Assembly: GCA_038213435.1 (NCBI GenBank)
Contig: JBBQTI010000019.1
Span: 659-64,658 of the forward strand
Length of the DNA stretch: 64,000 nucleotides
Origin: Acidimicrobiia bacterium
GTDB lineage: Bacteria > Actinomycetota > Acidimicrobiia > IMCC26256 > PALSA-610
Direction of reading: 5' to 3'
The notes below the pieces were generated by a model. The model did not search any database and was not told the DNA's origin. It saw only the letters and a list, made by a program, of their open reading frames with translations. The first letter of the stretch is position 1; each line of letters opens with the position of its first letter. The position numbers were made by a program, and so were the translations under genes. This document shows positions 1 to 9,847 of the stretch, piece by piece.

Positions 1-394
1 TCGCGCCTGACTCGTCGACGGACGCGGAAGCATGCGCGACGAGCAGGACGCGCAGGCTGAGAACGAGGAGGATCGCATCGGTCGCGAGCACCAGTAGCTC
101 GCCTCCGATCCAGCGGGTGAGGAATGCGCCGAGCGCGGTGAGCGGAAGGCCGACGATGACGCCGATGCGCAGCACCCCGCGGTCGACGTGCCCGGCGCGC
201 GCGTAACCGCGGCTCGCGAGCAACGTCGACGGGATGGTGGCCGGGAGAGGCGACGCGATCGCGACGATCGCCGGGACGCCGAGGGCGTGCAGGAGGGGAG
301 TCGAGAGGGCCGCCCCGCCCTTCCCGAACGCGCCGGCGAGGAAGCCGACGCCGGCTCCGATGAGCAGCGCTCCGAACAGAATCTGCGGGTCCAC
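1..394 (-). CDS. TauE/SafE (DUF81) family anion-exporter membrane protein; the 3' end runs off the window
   Basis: Absent from the ORF track because there is no stop in the window. Reverse translation from GTG at 394 gives [51 protein letters not shown]..., a glycine-rich polytopic pattern like the full-length TauE/SafE paralog at 44612-45412. Codons are GC3-rich. Divergent from a LysR regulator. Confidence 0.6.
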   Translation of the reverse strand, partial: MDPQILFGALLIGAGVGFLAGAFGKGGAALSTPLLHALGVPAIVAIASPLPATIPSTLLASRGYARAGHVDRGVLRIGVIVGLPLTALGAFLTRWIGGELLVLATDAILLVLSLRVLLVAHASASVDESGA

Positions 395-498
395 GACTTC
401 ATTGAACGGCACCAGCACTCATCGAACAAGCCTCTGGAGACTACCGATATCATCGGATATCCCTATGGGTCACCGTGGGAGCGTCCGGGAGGGCTGCC

Positions 499-1377
499 GT
501 GGAGCTGCGCCAAGTCGAATACGTCCTCGCCGTGATCGACCACGGCAGCTTCACGGCCGGAGCGGAGGCCGCCGGCGTGACGCAGCCTTCCCTCTCGGAG
601 GGCGTCCGCCGACTCGAGACGGAGCTGGGCGTGCCGCTGTTCCATCGGGTGGGTCGCGCGGTGATCGTCACGGACGCGGGGCGCGCCCTCGAGGGACCGG
701 CCCGGAGGATGATCCGGGAGCGCGCGGTAGTCCTCGATGCGGTAGGCGCGGTGCGCCAGCTCGATACCGGCACGCTCGACCTCGTCGCCCTGCCCACGCT
801 CGCAGTCGATCCGCTCGCTTCTCTGGTCGGTCGCTTTCGTACGCTCCATCCCGGCGTCGTCGTGCGGGTGGCCGAGCCCGAGGACGCGAGCGCGCTTGCC
901 GATCGTGTTGCCGACGGCCACAGCGAGGTCGGTCTGGCCGAGCTGCCGGCTCGCCGCGACGACCTGGTCGCGATCACCCTCGCACGTCAGGAGATTCTCG
1001 CGGTGTGCCCTCCCGGCACGAGACTGCCGGCGCCCGGCCGGCTGCCGGTCGCGCGGCTCGCGGGCATGGCGCTCGTCGCGACACCACCGGGTACATCGAC
1101 CCGCGACCTGCTCGATCGCGCGCTCGCCGCCGCGGCGGTCGCGCCGGTTGTCGCGGTCGAGATCTCGCAACGCGAGGCGATCGGACCGCTGGTGCTCTCG
1201 GGCGCGGGCACGTCGTTTCTTCCGCGGTCGATGGCCGAGAACCTCGCGGCCCAGGGCGCAGTCGTCGCCCGGCTCGTCCCCGCGTTGACCCGCACCATCG
1301 GCCTCTTGCACCGGCCGCACCCGCTCACGCCGTCGGCGCGCGCTTTCGTCGAGCTCGCACGAGCCAAGCGCGGTTGA
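499..1377 (+). CDS. LysR-family transcriptional regulator
   Basis: ORF 475..1377. The N-terminal w[43 protein letters not shown] is followed by a LysR substrate-binding region. I moved the start to GTG 499, which follows GGGAGGG. The dyad CCGAT-ATC-ATCGG at 444-456 sits in the divergent spacer. Confidence 0.85.
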   Translation: MELRQVEYVLAVIDHGSFTAGAEAAGVTQPSLSEGVRRLETELGVPLFHRVGRAVIVTDAGRALEGPARRMIRERAVVLDAVGAVRQLDTGTLDLVALPTLAVDPLASLVGRFRTLHPGVVVRVAEPEDASALADRVADGHSEVGLAELPARRDDLVAITLARQEILAVCPPGTRLPAPGRLPVARLAGMALVATPPGTSTRDLLDRALAAAAVAPVVAVEISQREAIGPLVLSGAGTSFLPRSMAENLAAQGAVVARLVPALTRTIGLLHRPHPLTPSARAFVELARAKRG

Positions 1378-1448
1378 ACTCGACGGGAACCTTTTGGGTA
1401 GAACTGTGGTTCACGAGGACGGTATCCGCCCGAGAAAAAGGGAGATCG

Positions 1449-2105
1449 ATGTTCTTGCGTCGCGACACGGCCCACCTACCCACTGCCGACGAAGCATTGC
1501 CCGGGCGTCCAACGCGTCCGTTCGCGGTCCCCGAACGCCACTTCGTGCTCGGGACGCCGCTCGAGCCGCCGTTTCCCGATGGCCTCGAACAGGTGGTGTT
1601 CGGCATGGGCTGCTTCTGGGGCGCCGAGCGGAAGTTCTGGACGGCAGAGGGCGTCTACACGACCGCGGTCGGCTACGCGGGTGGGCTCACCCCGAACCCG
1701 ACGTACGAGGAGGTGTGTTCGGGGCGTACCGGCCACGCCGAGGTGGTGCTGGTCGTCTTCGACCCGAAGGTCACGTCGATCGACGAGATGCTCCGAGTGT
1801 TCTGGGAGAACCACGACCCGACGCAGGGAATGCGCCAGGGAAACGACGTCGGTTCGCAGTACCGATCGACCGCCTATACGTTCGACGCGGCGCAGGCGAG
1901 TGCGGTCGAGGCGTCGCGTGCGATGTTCGAGGAAAGGCTGCACGCGGCGAACTACGGAGATATCACGACCGAGATCGCGTCGACGCCGACGTTCTATTAC
2001 GCCGAGGACTACCACCAGCAATACCTTGCGAAGAACCCGAGCGGATATTGCGGGCTCGGAGGCACGGGCGTGAGTTGTCCGATCGGAGTCGCACGCGCGG
2101 AGTAG
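1449..2105 (+). CDS. msrA: Peptide-methionine (S)-S-oxide reductase MsrA
   Basis: C-terminal third of ORF 234..2105. ATG 1449 follows AAGGGAG. Active-site motif GMGCFWGAE and the C-terminal AEDYHQQYL are present. The upstream part of the long ORF is Arg/Pro-rich junk overlapping the LysR gene. Confidence 0.95.
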   Translation: MFLRRDTAHLPTADEALPGRPTRPFAVPERHFVLGTPLEPPFPDGLEQVVFGMGCFWGAERKFWTAEGVYTTAVGYAGGLTPNPTYEEVCSGRTGHAEVVLVVFDPKVTSIDEMLRVFWENHDPTQGMRQGNDVGSQYRSTAYTFDAAQASAVEASRAMFEERLHAANYGDITTEIASTPTFYYAEDYHQQYLAKNPSGYCGLGGTGVSCPIGVARAE

Positions 2106-2157
2106 CGCGAGTGCTGACGATCACTCGGCTTCTGATCACCGTAGCGTTGGACTGAGC

Positions 2158-3111
2158 ATGGACGCGCCGGACGAAGCACAGCTCGACCCATACGTCGACT
2201 TCACGCGCAACGAGTGGAGCCGATTGCGCGCGTCCACGCCCATGTCCTTGGCCGAGAACGACCTCGCGGCGTTGCGCGGCCTCGGCGAGCCCATGCCGAT
2301 GCTCGAGGTCGAGGAGGTGTACCTGCCGTTGTCGCGGCTCTTGAACCTCCGCGTCGCGGCTACCCGCGAGCTGCACTCGGTCACCGAGACGTTTCTCGGT
2401 CATCTGCATGCGGGCGCGCCGTACGTGATCGGGATCGCGGGCAGCGTCGCTGCGGGCAAGAGCACCATCGCCCGCATGCTGCAGGCGTTGCTCGCCCGCT
2501 GGCCCGACCATCCGCACGTCGACCTGGTGACGACCGACGGCTTCTTGTTCGCGAACGCCGCGCTCGAAGCACGCGGGCTCATGGCACGGAAGGGCTTTCC
2601 CGAGAGCTACGACGTACGCGCGTTGATGCGATTTCTCGCCGAGTTGAAAGCCGGCGCACCGACGGTGCGCGCTCCCAGATACTCGCATCTCACGTACGAC
2701 ATTGTCGACGGCGACGAGATCGTGCTGGCGTCGCCCGACATCGTGATCCTCGAAGGGGTCAACGTCTTGCAGACGCCTGCACGCCGCGGGCGGGTGGAGG
2801 CGAGCGTGGTCGTTTCCGACTTCTTCGACTTCTCGATCTACGTCGACGCGGCCGAGGCGGATCTCGAGCGCTGGTACATCGATCGGTTGCTCCTGCTGCG
2901 CGAGACGTCGTTGCACGACCCGCGCTCGTACTTCAACTTCCTCACGCAATATTCCGAGGACGCGACGCGCGACTTCGCGCAGTCGGTGTGGACCCAGGTC
3001 AATCTCGTGAACCTGCGAGAAAACATCGCGCCAACACGAGGTCGCGCCCATCTCGTGCTCGAGAAGGGCCACGATCACGCCATCGGGCGCGTCCGGCTCC
3101 GGAAGCTCTGA
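2158..3111 (+). CDS. coaA: Type I pantothenate kinase
   Basis: 317 aa. P-loop GIAGSVAAGKST. Colinear with the CoaA pattern (HVDLVTTDGFL, ILEGVNVLQ). Confidence 0.95.
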   Translation: MDAPDEAQLDPYVDFTRNEWSRLRASTPMSLAENDLAALRGLGEPMPMLEVEEVYLPLSRLLNLRVAATRELHSVTETFLGHLHAGAPYVIGIAGSVAAGKSTIARMLQALLARWPDHPHVDLVTTDGFLFANAALEARGLMARKGFPESYDVRALMRFLAELKAGAPTVRAPRYSHLTYDIVDGDEIVLASPDIVILEGVNVLQTPARRGRVEASVVVSDFFDFSIYVDAAEADLERWYIDRLLLLRETSLHDPRSYFNFLTQYSEDATRDFAQSVWTQVNLVNLRENIAPTRGRAHLVLEKGHDHAIGRVRLRKL

Positions 3112-3121
3112 TGCCGCAGCC

Positions 3122-3739
3122 CTAATCGGTCCGGACTCCCCGGAGACCGAACCAGGCGAGCTCCGAGATCCACTTGGCGAGCTGGTCGCTGTCGACGACG
3201 GTGCCGGGGTCTCGGAGTACGCGGAGCCCGACGGACTCGGCCATGCCGACGATCGCGTTCGCGAGCATCTGTCGCTGCGCGTCGGGCGCGGGGATCTCGA
3301 TCAGGGTGGCGATCGTCTCCGCGGCCGCGTCGAGGATCTCCTCGACGATGCGCGCGAACTCGGGATCGGACCGCAACGACGTGCCGAGCAGGAACAAGAA
3401 GGCCGATCGGTTGCCGACCGCGAACCGGAAGTACGCGCGGAACCCGAGCTCCACTCGCTCCCGTAGTGAGCCGGCGCGCGCGGTGGCGTCGGCGAGCGTG
3501 CTGAGCAGCTGCCGTCCGGTCTCCTCGAGCAACTCTACGTAGAGCGCGCGCTTGCTCGGGAAGTGCTGGTAGAGAACGGGCTTGGTGACACCGGCGGCTT
3601 CCGCGATCTCGTCCATCGACGTCGCGTGGAATCCCTGTTGCGCGAATCGCTCGCGCGCGACCTCGAAGAGTTGTTGACGGCGTTGGTCCGCCGGCATCCG
3701 CAGGGCGGACCGAGATGAGACGTCCGCGGGATCAGACAC
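3122..3739 (-). CDS. TetR/AcrR-family transcriptional regulator
   Basis: 205 aa. N-terminal HTH FHATSMDEIAEAAGVTKPVLYQHFPSKRALY. Confidence 0.9.
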   Translation of the reverse strand: MSDPADVSSRSALRMPADQRRQQLFEVARERFAQQGFHATSMDEIAEAAGVTKPVLYQHFPSKRALYVELLEETGRQLLSTLADATARAGSLRERVELGFRAYFRFAVGNRSAFLFLLGTSLRSDPEFARIVEEILDAAAETIATLIEIPAPDAQRQMLANAIVGMAESVGLRVLRDPGTVVDSDQLAKWISELAWFGLRGVRTD

Positions 3740-4739
3740 TCGACTTCAAAGGCATCACGTAGCGGTCGACGTGGTCGAAGTTCCGGACCCGGAGCTCGTC
3801 GAGCGCGGCGGCTTCATCAGGGGCGAGCGGAACTTCGGAGGCGTGCGCGTACTCGCGCACCTCGTCGACGGAGAGCACGGTCGGGAGCACGCTGGCGAAG
3901 GCGGGATTCGCGAGTATGCCCGCGATCGCCGCCTGGCCCATCGTGCGCCCCGCTGTGGCCGACCAGAGGAACCGGAGCGTCGCCGCCTTCTCGAAGTTGT
4001 CGAGCATGTTGTCGCGGTTTCGATGCGCGCGGTGGTCGCCGGCCGGGAAAACGGTGTCGATCGTGATCTTGCCCGACAGCGTGTCGGATGCATGCGGCAC
4101 CCGCGCGATCAACGAGACGTCGCCGTTGCGAACGCGCTCGCGCGCCGCGAATGTGCGCCCGGGTTCCTGCTCGAGCACGTTGAACACCGTCTGCAGCGTC
4201 GTGATCGGTCGATCGTCGATCGAGATGTTGCCTTCCTCGACCCAGCCGATCGCCGGCCCGAGTGCAACGCCCAGCTCGCGAACCTTGCCTTCGTCGCGCA
4301 ACGCGACGAGGGTCGCCCACAGCGCATCGTCGGCGATCGGCTCGATGCGTGGGTTGTGGAGTTGCAGGAGATCGATGTGATCGGTACCGAGCCGCGTCAA
4401 CGATGCGTCGACCTGTTGACGCACCGACGTGGGTCGCCAGTCGTGCGGTCGCTCCGACTGCCCGGGGTGCGTGCGCTCCGCGGCGATGTCGTAGCCGACC
4501 TTGGTCGTCAAAACGATCTCGTCGTGTCGCGACAGGTAGTCGCGCAGGATCGTCTCGCCCGCACCGTCGGCGCCGTAGACGGGCGCGGTGTCGAAGAAGG
4601 TGATGCCGGCGTCGAGGGCAGCCCGGATCATTTCGTGGGGGTCGTCCGTTCGACCCCACCAATCAGTGACGAGCGTCCAGGTACCGAACCCGACCTCGGA
4701 AACGACGAGGTCGCTGTGACCCAAGCGACGATGGCGCAT
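3732..4739 (-). CDS. Aldo/keto reductase
   Basis: 335 aa. MRHRRLGHSDLVVSEVGFGTW and FFDTAPVYG match the AKR pattern. Its 3' end overlaps the TetR start by 8 nt. Confidence 0.9.
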   Translation of the reverse strand: MRHRRLGHSDLVVSEVGFGTWTLVTDWWGRTDDPHEMIRAALDAGITFFDTAPVYGADGAGETILRDYLSRHDEIVLTTKVGYDIAAERTHPGQSERPHDWRPTSVRQQVDASLTRLGTDHIDLLQLHNPRIEPIADDALWATLVALRDEGKVRELGVALGPAIGWVEEGNISIDDRPITTLQTVFNVLEQEPGRTFAARERVRNGDVSLIARVPHASDTLSGKITIDTVFPAGDHRAHRNRDNMLDNFEKAATLRFLWSATAGRTMGQAAIAGILANPAFASVLPTVLSVDEVREYAHASEVPLAPDEAAALDELRVRNFDHVDRYVMPLKSSV

Positions 4740-4789
4740 AGCGCGAGGCTATGTCGCGCTCCGCGCCGCGGGCCGCTCGGGCGCTCGTC

Positions 4790-5899
4790 TCAGATTCCGT
4801 AGTCGACGACCGATCGGGCCACCTCGCCCGCCTCCATCGAGCGGAACGCGTCGTTGATGCCCTCGAGGCCGATCCGGCGCGAGACGAGCTCGTCGAGCTT
4901 CAGGATCCCGTCCTTGTACAAGGCGACGAGCCGGGGCACGTCACGCTGGACGTCCGACGATCCGTACCACGAACCGCGCACCTGCTTCTCGTTGACGAGC
5001 AATTCCATCGCGATCGGGATCTCCATCGTCTGCTCCATCTTCGGGACGCCGACGATGATCGCCTGGCCGCCCCGACGCGCCATGGCAAATGCCTGTTGCA
5101 CGGTGTCCTTCAGTCCGATCACCTCGAACGACACGTCGACGCCGCGCCCGCCGGTGAGCTCCTGCACCTGTGCAACCGGATCGCCGTCGGTCGCGTTCAC
5201 GAGATCGGTCGCGCCGAATTGCTTTGCCATGTCGAGCTTCGAATCGAAGCGGTCGATCGCGAAGATGCGCTCCGCGCCCTTCCACTTGGCGCCCTGGATC
5301 GCGTTCAGGCCGACGCCGCCGCAACCGATGACGGCGACGGTGTCACCGCGCACGATGTCGGCCGTGTTCGCGGCGGCGCCGAACCCGGTGAGCACACCGC
5401 ATCCGATGAGGGCTGCGCTCGTGAACGGCACGCTGGAGTCGATCTTGACCGTGCTGATCTCCGGGCAGACGAGCTCCTCGCTGAAGGTGCCGAGTGCCGA
5501 CATCTGGTGCAGCACCGTGCCGTCGCGCGAGAAACGCGGCGTCATGTCGAGTTGGGCGCCCATCGCCATTGCCAGGAAGCCGGTCTCGCACATCTCGGGC
5601 GAGTCGTGGGTGCACATGTAGCAGGTACCGCACTGGGGAACGAACGAGAGGACGACGTGATCGCCGGGCTTCACCCGGCTGACGCCCTCGCCGACCGCCT
5701 CCACGACGCCCGCGCCCTCGTGACCGAGCACGGCCGGGAGCGGCGACGGCAACGTCCCGTTGACCACCGACAGGTCGGAGTGGCACACACCCGACGCACC
5801 CATGCGAACGCGCACTTCGCCCGCCTTGGGAGCGTCGAGTACGACGTCGACGACCTCGAGCGGCGCGTTGATCGCAGGACACACGGCGGCCTTGGGCAT
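4790..5899 (-). CDS. Zinc-dependent alcohol dehydrogenase (class III / mycothiol-dependent-like)
   Basis: Motifs GVCHSDL, GHEGAGVVEAVG, and the structural-zinc Cys cluster CGTCYMC. I moved the start to ATG 5899, which follows GAGGAGGAG. Confidence 0.9.
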   Translation of the reverse strand: MPKAAVCPAINAPLEVVDVVLDAPKAGEVRVRMGASGVCHSDLSVVNGTLPSPLPAVLGHEGAGVVEAVGEGVSRVKPGDHVVLSFVPQCGTCYMCTHDSPEMCETGFLAMAMGAQLDMTPRFSRDGTVLHQMSALGTFSEELVCPEISTVKIDSSVPFTSAALIGCGVLTGFGAAANTADIVRGDTVAVIGCGGVGLNAIQGAKWKGAERIFAIDRFDSKLDMAKQFGATDLVNATDGDPVAQVQELTGGRGVDVSFEVIGLKDTVQQAFAMARRGGQAIIVGVPKMEQTMEIPIAMELLVNEKQVRGSWYGSSDVQRDVPRLVALYKDGILKLDELVSRRIGLEGINDAFRSMEAGEVARSVVDYGI

Positions 5900-5939
5900 G
5901 GAACTCCTCCTCAACGGACGCGTGATCGTAATGCGGGGT

Positions 5940-6197
5940 TCAGACGCCTCGGTCCCGGTCTTCGCGCGCGGCGGCGCGCACGCCGTAGGCGAGAACGATC
6001 GGGATCGGGAGCACGGCGCACGACACTGCGAGACCCGCGATCGACACCCCGACCGTCCACGTCGGGAACTCGGTCGTGGCGCCGATGAAGAAGGCGACGA
6101 TCGCGACGCCGAGCGCGACGTAGCCGATACGTTTGCCGAAGGCCGCGAATCGTGCGATGCGTCCCCGCCGCGCGACGACGGGATCCTCGGCTACCAA
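5940..6197 (-). CDS. Small two-TM membrane protein (hypothetical)
   Basis: Only the C-terminal ~85 aa of ORF 5940..6470 look coding: IGYVALGVAIVAFFIGATTEFPTWTVGVSIAGLAVSCAVLPIPIVLAY. The upstream part overlaps the glycosyltransferase in another frame. The TTG 6197 start is a guess. Confidence 0.35.
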   Translation of the reverse strand: MVAEDPVVARRGRIARFAAFGKRIGYVALGVAIVAFFIGATTEFPTWTVGVSIAGLAVSCAVLPIPIVLAYGVRAAAREDRDRGV

Positions 6198-7303
6198 GCG
6201 ATCCACCCGTGCGCGGTGAATGCCTCGTCGATTGCACGAGGAAGGTCGGCGAGCGAGAACGACATGCGCGCCCGGGTGACGTTCACGTCGACGAAGCGGT
6301 CGCGCACCGCGGGCTGCTCGGACAGGAATCTCGCGACCGCTTCCGGCTGCTGGGTCGAAAACACACGAACACCGGCCGCGACGATCTCGGCGAGCACCGG
6401 GTAGGGAAATGCCGCGCAGGCGCGACGGTAGGCGATCGATTCGATGACGGGATTGCCGAACCCCTCCCAAGTGGAGGGGAACACGACAAGGTCGGAAGCC
6501 GCGTACGCGTCGCCGGCCACCGGAGCTCGTCCGACCGTGATCGGAATTCGCGCGCGTTCGATGATGCGGTCGAGGACGGGTGCATACCCGTCCTCCGCGG
6601 GCCCCGAGAGCCAGAGGCGTAGCGGAAGATCGGGTGCGAGATCGTGTAGTTGCTGCGCGAACCGAACTGCGCCCGGGACGTTCTTGCGTTCGATCGCCCG
6701 CGCCGGTTGGAAGAGCACGAAGTCGTCGTCGACGAAGCCGAACTGCTTGCGGGTCGCGGTGCGATCGCTAGCCGGTGGATCGAGATCGAAATAGTTGTGG
6801 ATCGTGACCGGGTCGGCATAGCCGCGAGCGTGCAGCTCGCGCCGGCTCCGGAGGTTGATCGTCGCGTGGAGCGCACCGTCGACGCGCGGCGGGAAGTCGG
6901 CCTCCAGGTGGCTGAGATGGCGCCGTTGCCACGGCAAATCATGGTGGCGGAAGCAGACCTGTCCGGTGTGCTCGCTCGCGACTCGAGCGACCGCGCGCGC
7001 CGCGTCGAGGTTGAGCGGCAGGGAGCAAAGGTTGTCGACGACCACGAGGTCGGCGCCTTGCAACGCGCGGCGCAGAACGGCGGTCTCGACCCCGTCGGCG
7101 CCTGCCGGGCGGGAGGGTGGCGGGTCGATCGCGAGACTTGGGATCACGATGTCGTCGCGCTCGACGGCACCTTCGATCTCGCCGGCGACGCGTCGGGTTT
7201 CGAAGCCGAGCTCGTGGAGCGCACATGTCCACTTGCGCGCTTCGACCGACACGCCGTCATCGCCGCCGAGCCGGAACGAGACGGTGACCGCCAGCGGCGC
7301 CAT
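6191..7303 (-). CDS. GT-B fold glycosyltransferase (GT4-like)
   Basis: ORF 6191..7525 trimmed to ATG 7303 (MAPLAVTVSF...), because the upstream 74 codons are Arg-rich and overlap the next gene. EX7E-type motif STWEGFGNPVIES. Confidence 0.8.
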   Translation of the reverse strand: MAPLAVTVSFRLGGDDGVSVEARKWTCALHELGFETRRVAGEIEGAVERDDIVIPSLAIDPPPSRPAGADGVETAVLRRALQGADLVVVDNLCSLPLNLDAARAVARVASEHTGQVCFRHHDLPWQRRHLSHLEADFPPRVDGALHATINLRSRRELHARGYADPVTIHNYFDLDPPASDRTATRKQFGFVDDDFVLFQPARAIERKNVPGAVRFAQQLHDLAPDLPLRLWLSGPAEDGYAPVLDRIIERARIPITVGRAPVAGDAYAASDLVVFPSTWEGFGNPVIESIAYRRACAAFPYPVLAEIVAAGVRVFSTQQPEAVARFLSEQPAVRDRFVDVNVTRARMSFSLADLPRAIDEAFTAHGWIAW

Positions 7304-7323
7304 GACGCCGACGATAGGGCGAA

Positions 7324-8022
7324 TTACGGGGCGGAGACGTACACGAGACGGCGGTTCGTCGCGTCGAGGACGGCCCGGGAGACGGCATCCGCCTCCTGTT
7401 GGGGACGCACGATCGCCGAGCCCGACACGAGCTGCTCCGCGGGAGGGATCACGTACACGACGGTGACGACGGCGACGTCGTGCGCGCCGATCCGGATGAT
7501 CTGTGCGTGATCGACGTCGACACACTCGGCTGCCGGTTCGAGCTGACGCAGTGAGTCGACCGTCGCCAGTGCGACGAGCCGGTGGCGTGCCGTCGTCGCG
7601 ATCGAACCCTCCGCGAAGCCGACCGCCTCCTCCTCGTCGAGCGCCAGTGTGACGCGCACCAACGAGCGCATGCCGCTCGCCTCAGCCGTGATCGCGACGA
7701 TCGACGGACGCGGGTCGGGCGTGAAGCTTTCATCGAGGATGCTGCCGCCGAGCTGGACTACCGATATCACGCGGCGATCGAGCTCGAGCCCGAACGAGGC
7801 GAGTGCGATCGACTGCACGTCGCGCACGATCTGCTTGGGGTGCTTGCCTTGACGGGCGACGACGTGCATTTCGGAGACGCGGCCGTCGGGTTCGGCGACG
7901 ATCCGCACGATCGACACGTCGGGAAGCCGGCAGATCTCTCGCTCGACTTCGGTCAGATCCAACTCGTCCACGACCTTGTCCACGTCCTCGTCAACGTCCT
8001 CGTCAACGTCCAGCTCGTTCAT
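7324..8022 (-). CDS. Hypothetical protein with an acidic N-terminal repeat, followed by two regions I cannot assign to a family
   Basis: 232 aa with GC3-rich coding signal. The N-terminus is MNELDVDEDVDEDVDKVVDELD. I recognise no catalytic motif. Co-directional and tightly spaced with the GT4 gene. Confidence 0.7.
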   Translation of the reverse strand: MNELDVDEDVDEDVDKVVDELDLTEVEREICRLPDVSIVRIVAEPDGRVSEMHVVARQGKHPKQIVRDVQSIALASFGLELDRRVISVVQLGGSILDESFTPDPRPSIVAITAEASGMRSLVRVTLALDEEEAVGFAEGSIATTARHRLVALATVDSLRQLEPAAECVDVDHAQIIRIGAHDVAVVTVVYVIPPAEQLVSGSAIVRPQQEADAVSRAVLDATNRRLVYVSAP

Positions 8023-8054
8023 GCCTCGTTCTTTCCACTCGGCGCGCTACGACC

Positions 8055-8983
8055 TTAGGTCGCCGCGGCGTCGAGTTGGGTGACCGTGGGTTGCTCGATC
8101 AGCTCGAGGACCTCGTCGTCGGGTCCGCGAAAGCAAACGAAGCGCAGCCTGGGCAGGTTCGGTCCCATCGACATCGTCACCGGCGCGGAGAGGGTGTCGA
8201 CCCGGTGACGCGCGAGCTCGGTCACGGCCGCGTCGAGGTCGGCCACCAGGAATGCAGCGTGCCACATACCGAGTGTGTTCGCCGGGCGCGGCATTCCTGC
8301 AACGCATCGCGGGTTCGGAACCCGACGAGCATGACCAGCACCTCGCCGCCGCCCGGTGCCGTCAGCACGACTTCGTCCATCGCGACCGGGCCGTCGACGC
8401 GCAGGTGCGAACCGTCGGAATTGTCGCTCGGGTACCTCGCGACCTCGCAGAACCCGAGTGACTGATAGAAGACGCAAGAGCGGTCGAGATCGGCGCAGGT
8501 GATGGCCACGAACGAAACCGTCGACTCTCCGCTTTCGATCAGCTCGATCGCGGTGCCGTCCGGGTCGTCGACGAACACCAGGCGGATCTCGCCGCCGTCG
8601 ACGAGCGCGTGGCCGAACGGTTCACTCCAAACGCGGCCGCCGAGGGCTCCGACCCGTGCGAGCGTGGCATCGAGATCGGGTACGCGGAGGCCGAGACGCT
8701 GGAACCCCGTCTCGACCAATCCCGCGGGCGGCGCACCGGCGGGACTGGGTTCGTGCCATTCGAGCAGATCGATCGCTCCACCGTCGTAGCCGCGCGGCCC
8801 GAGCAGGATCGACGCGTCCCACCGCGCATGCTCGAGGCCGAACGCCACTCCGGGCTGTGTCTCGCCGGGCGCGGTTCGCGCGCCGACCTCGAGACCGAAT
8901 CCTTCCGTGTAGAAGCGCCGGGAGCGCTCGAGCTCCGAGCAGTTCACGTTCACGTGAAAGAGCCGCGCGTCGCTCAACGGCAT
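8055..8983 (-). pseudogene. Two-domain VOC/glyoxalase-family protein split by a 1-nt frame disruption
   Basis: ORF 8222..8983 carries domain 1 plus the first half of domain 2 (...GGGEVLVMLVGF). The second half (ANTLGMWHAAFLVADLDAAVTEL...FRGPDDEVLELIEQ) continues in the frame of ORF 8055..8477. The switch lies near 8281-8290 (gccgggcgcg). Confidence 0.7.
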
Positions 8984-9025
8984 GAGCCAAACCGTATCTG
9001 CGGCCCCGCCCGGGGGGGGTCGAGG

Positions 9026-9847
9026 TCAGGGCTGGAGGACGGAGCGAATCTCGTTGACGGGGTACGTGAGGGTCGACGTGATCGCCGCGCGGCCGAGGTC
9101 GACCGCGGGCAGTCCGCCGGGCAGCCCCGGCCCGGTGAGTGCCGCGGTGCCGCGCCACACAGCGGTGACGGCGATCGTGTGGTTCCCCTTGGTCTCGAAC
9201 GTGTAGTGGCCGGTTCCCGCGTTCGTCGCCGGTTGGCCGTCGACGCTGATCTCGTAGTGGTCCAGGTTGGCCGTACCGGTGATCGTGTAGCCACGGATCG
9301 TCGCGGCGATGGTCACAGTCGTGGGACCGTCCGTCGAGATGCGGGTGTCGAGACCTGTGATGCCGCGGGTCGCCGGATCGAGCGTGATCGTCGGAGCCGG
9401 CAACTGGGCGCGGTTCCACGCTTCGCCGAATGTGGGTACGGCGGGCACGGACGGCGGGAGCGGTCGCCGCGCGGGGTCACCGTTCGTGAACGCGATGCAC
9501 TCGAACCGGTCGTCGACGATCGCGCCGGTCGGATCGGTTCCGACGAGGTGGTAGAGGAACCCGAAGGTCGGTTGCCGGGCGGAGCCGCCGGGAACCGCGC
9601 ACAGCCCGTCGAGGCTGCCCGTCTGCGCCGGAGTGGGACCGACCGACCACGACACGACGTAGTGCACGATCGGCCTCGCCGCGTCGTCGCCCGATCGGCC
9701 GAGCCCTCCCGAACCCGGGGTGGTCACGACGATCCCCACCGAGACGCGGCCCCCGTGACCCAGTGAGCCGTGGCCACTCAGCTCGGCGTGCGCAGGCGCT
9801 GTCCACGCCACGAGCCACAGGACGACGAAGGCGAGCAGTCGCCTCAC
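9026..9847 (-). CDS. Secreted hypothetical protein (signal peptide plus beta-rich C-terminal region)
   Basis: ORF 9026..9895 trimmed to GTG 9847. The signal peptide is VRRLLAFVVLWLVAWTAPAHA-ELSG. The start overlaps the upstream gene's stop (GTGA). Confidence 0.7.
   Translation of the reverse strand: MRRLLAFVVLWLVAWTAPAHAELSGHGSLGHGGRVSVGIVVTTPGSGGLGRSGDDAARPIVHYVVSWSVGPTPAQTGSLDGLCAVPGGSARQPTFGFLYHLVGTDPTGAIVDDRFECIAFTNGDPARRPLPPSVPAVPTFGEAWNRAQLPAPTITLDPATRGITGLDTRISTDGPTTVTIAATIRGYTITGTANLDHYEISVDGQPATNAGTGHYTFETKGNHTIAVTAVWRGTAALTGPGLPGGLPAVDLGRAAITSTLTYPVNEIRSVLQP

Noticed and set aside
234-1448. N-terminal 405 codons of the 623-aa ORF that ends as msrA
   Set aside because: The sequence is Arg/Pro/Gly-rich junk overlapping the LysR gene in another frame. 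MsrA homology starts only at ATG 1449, which has its own SD.
7324-7525. 5' extension of the glycosyltransferase ORF to 7525
   Set aside because: The extension is Arg-rich and overlaps the upstream gene. ATG 7303 gives a conventional GT-B N-terminus.
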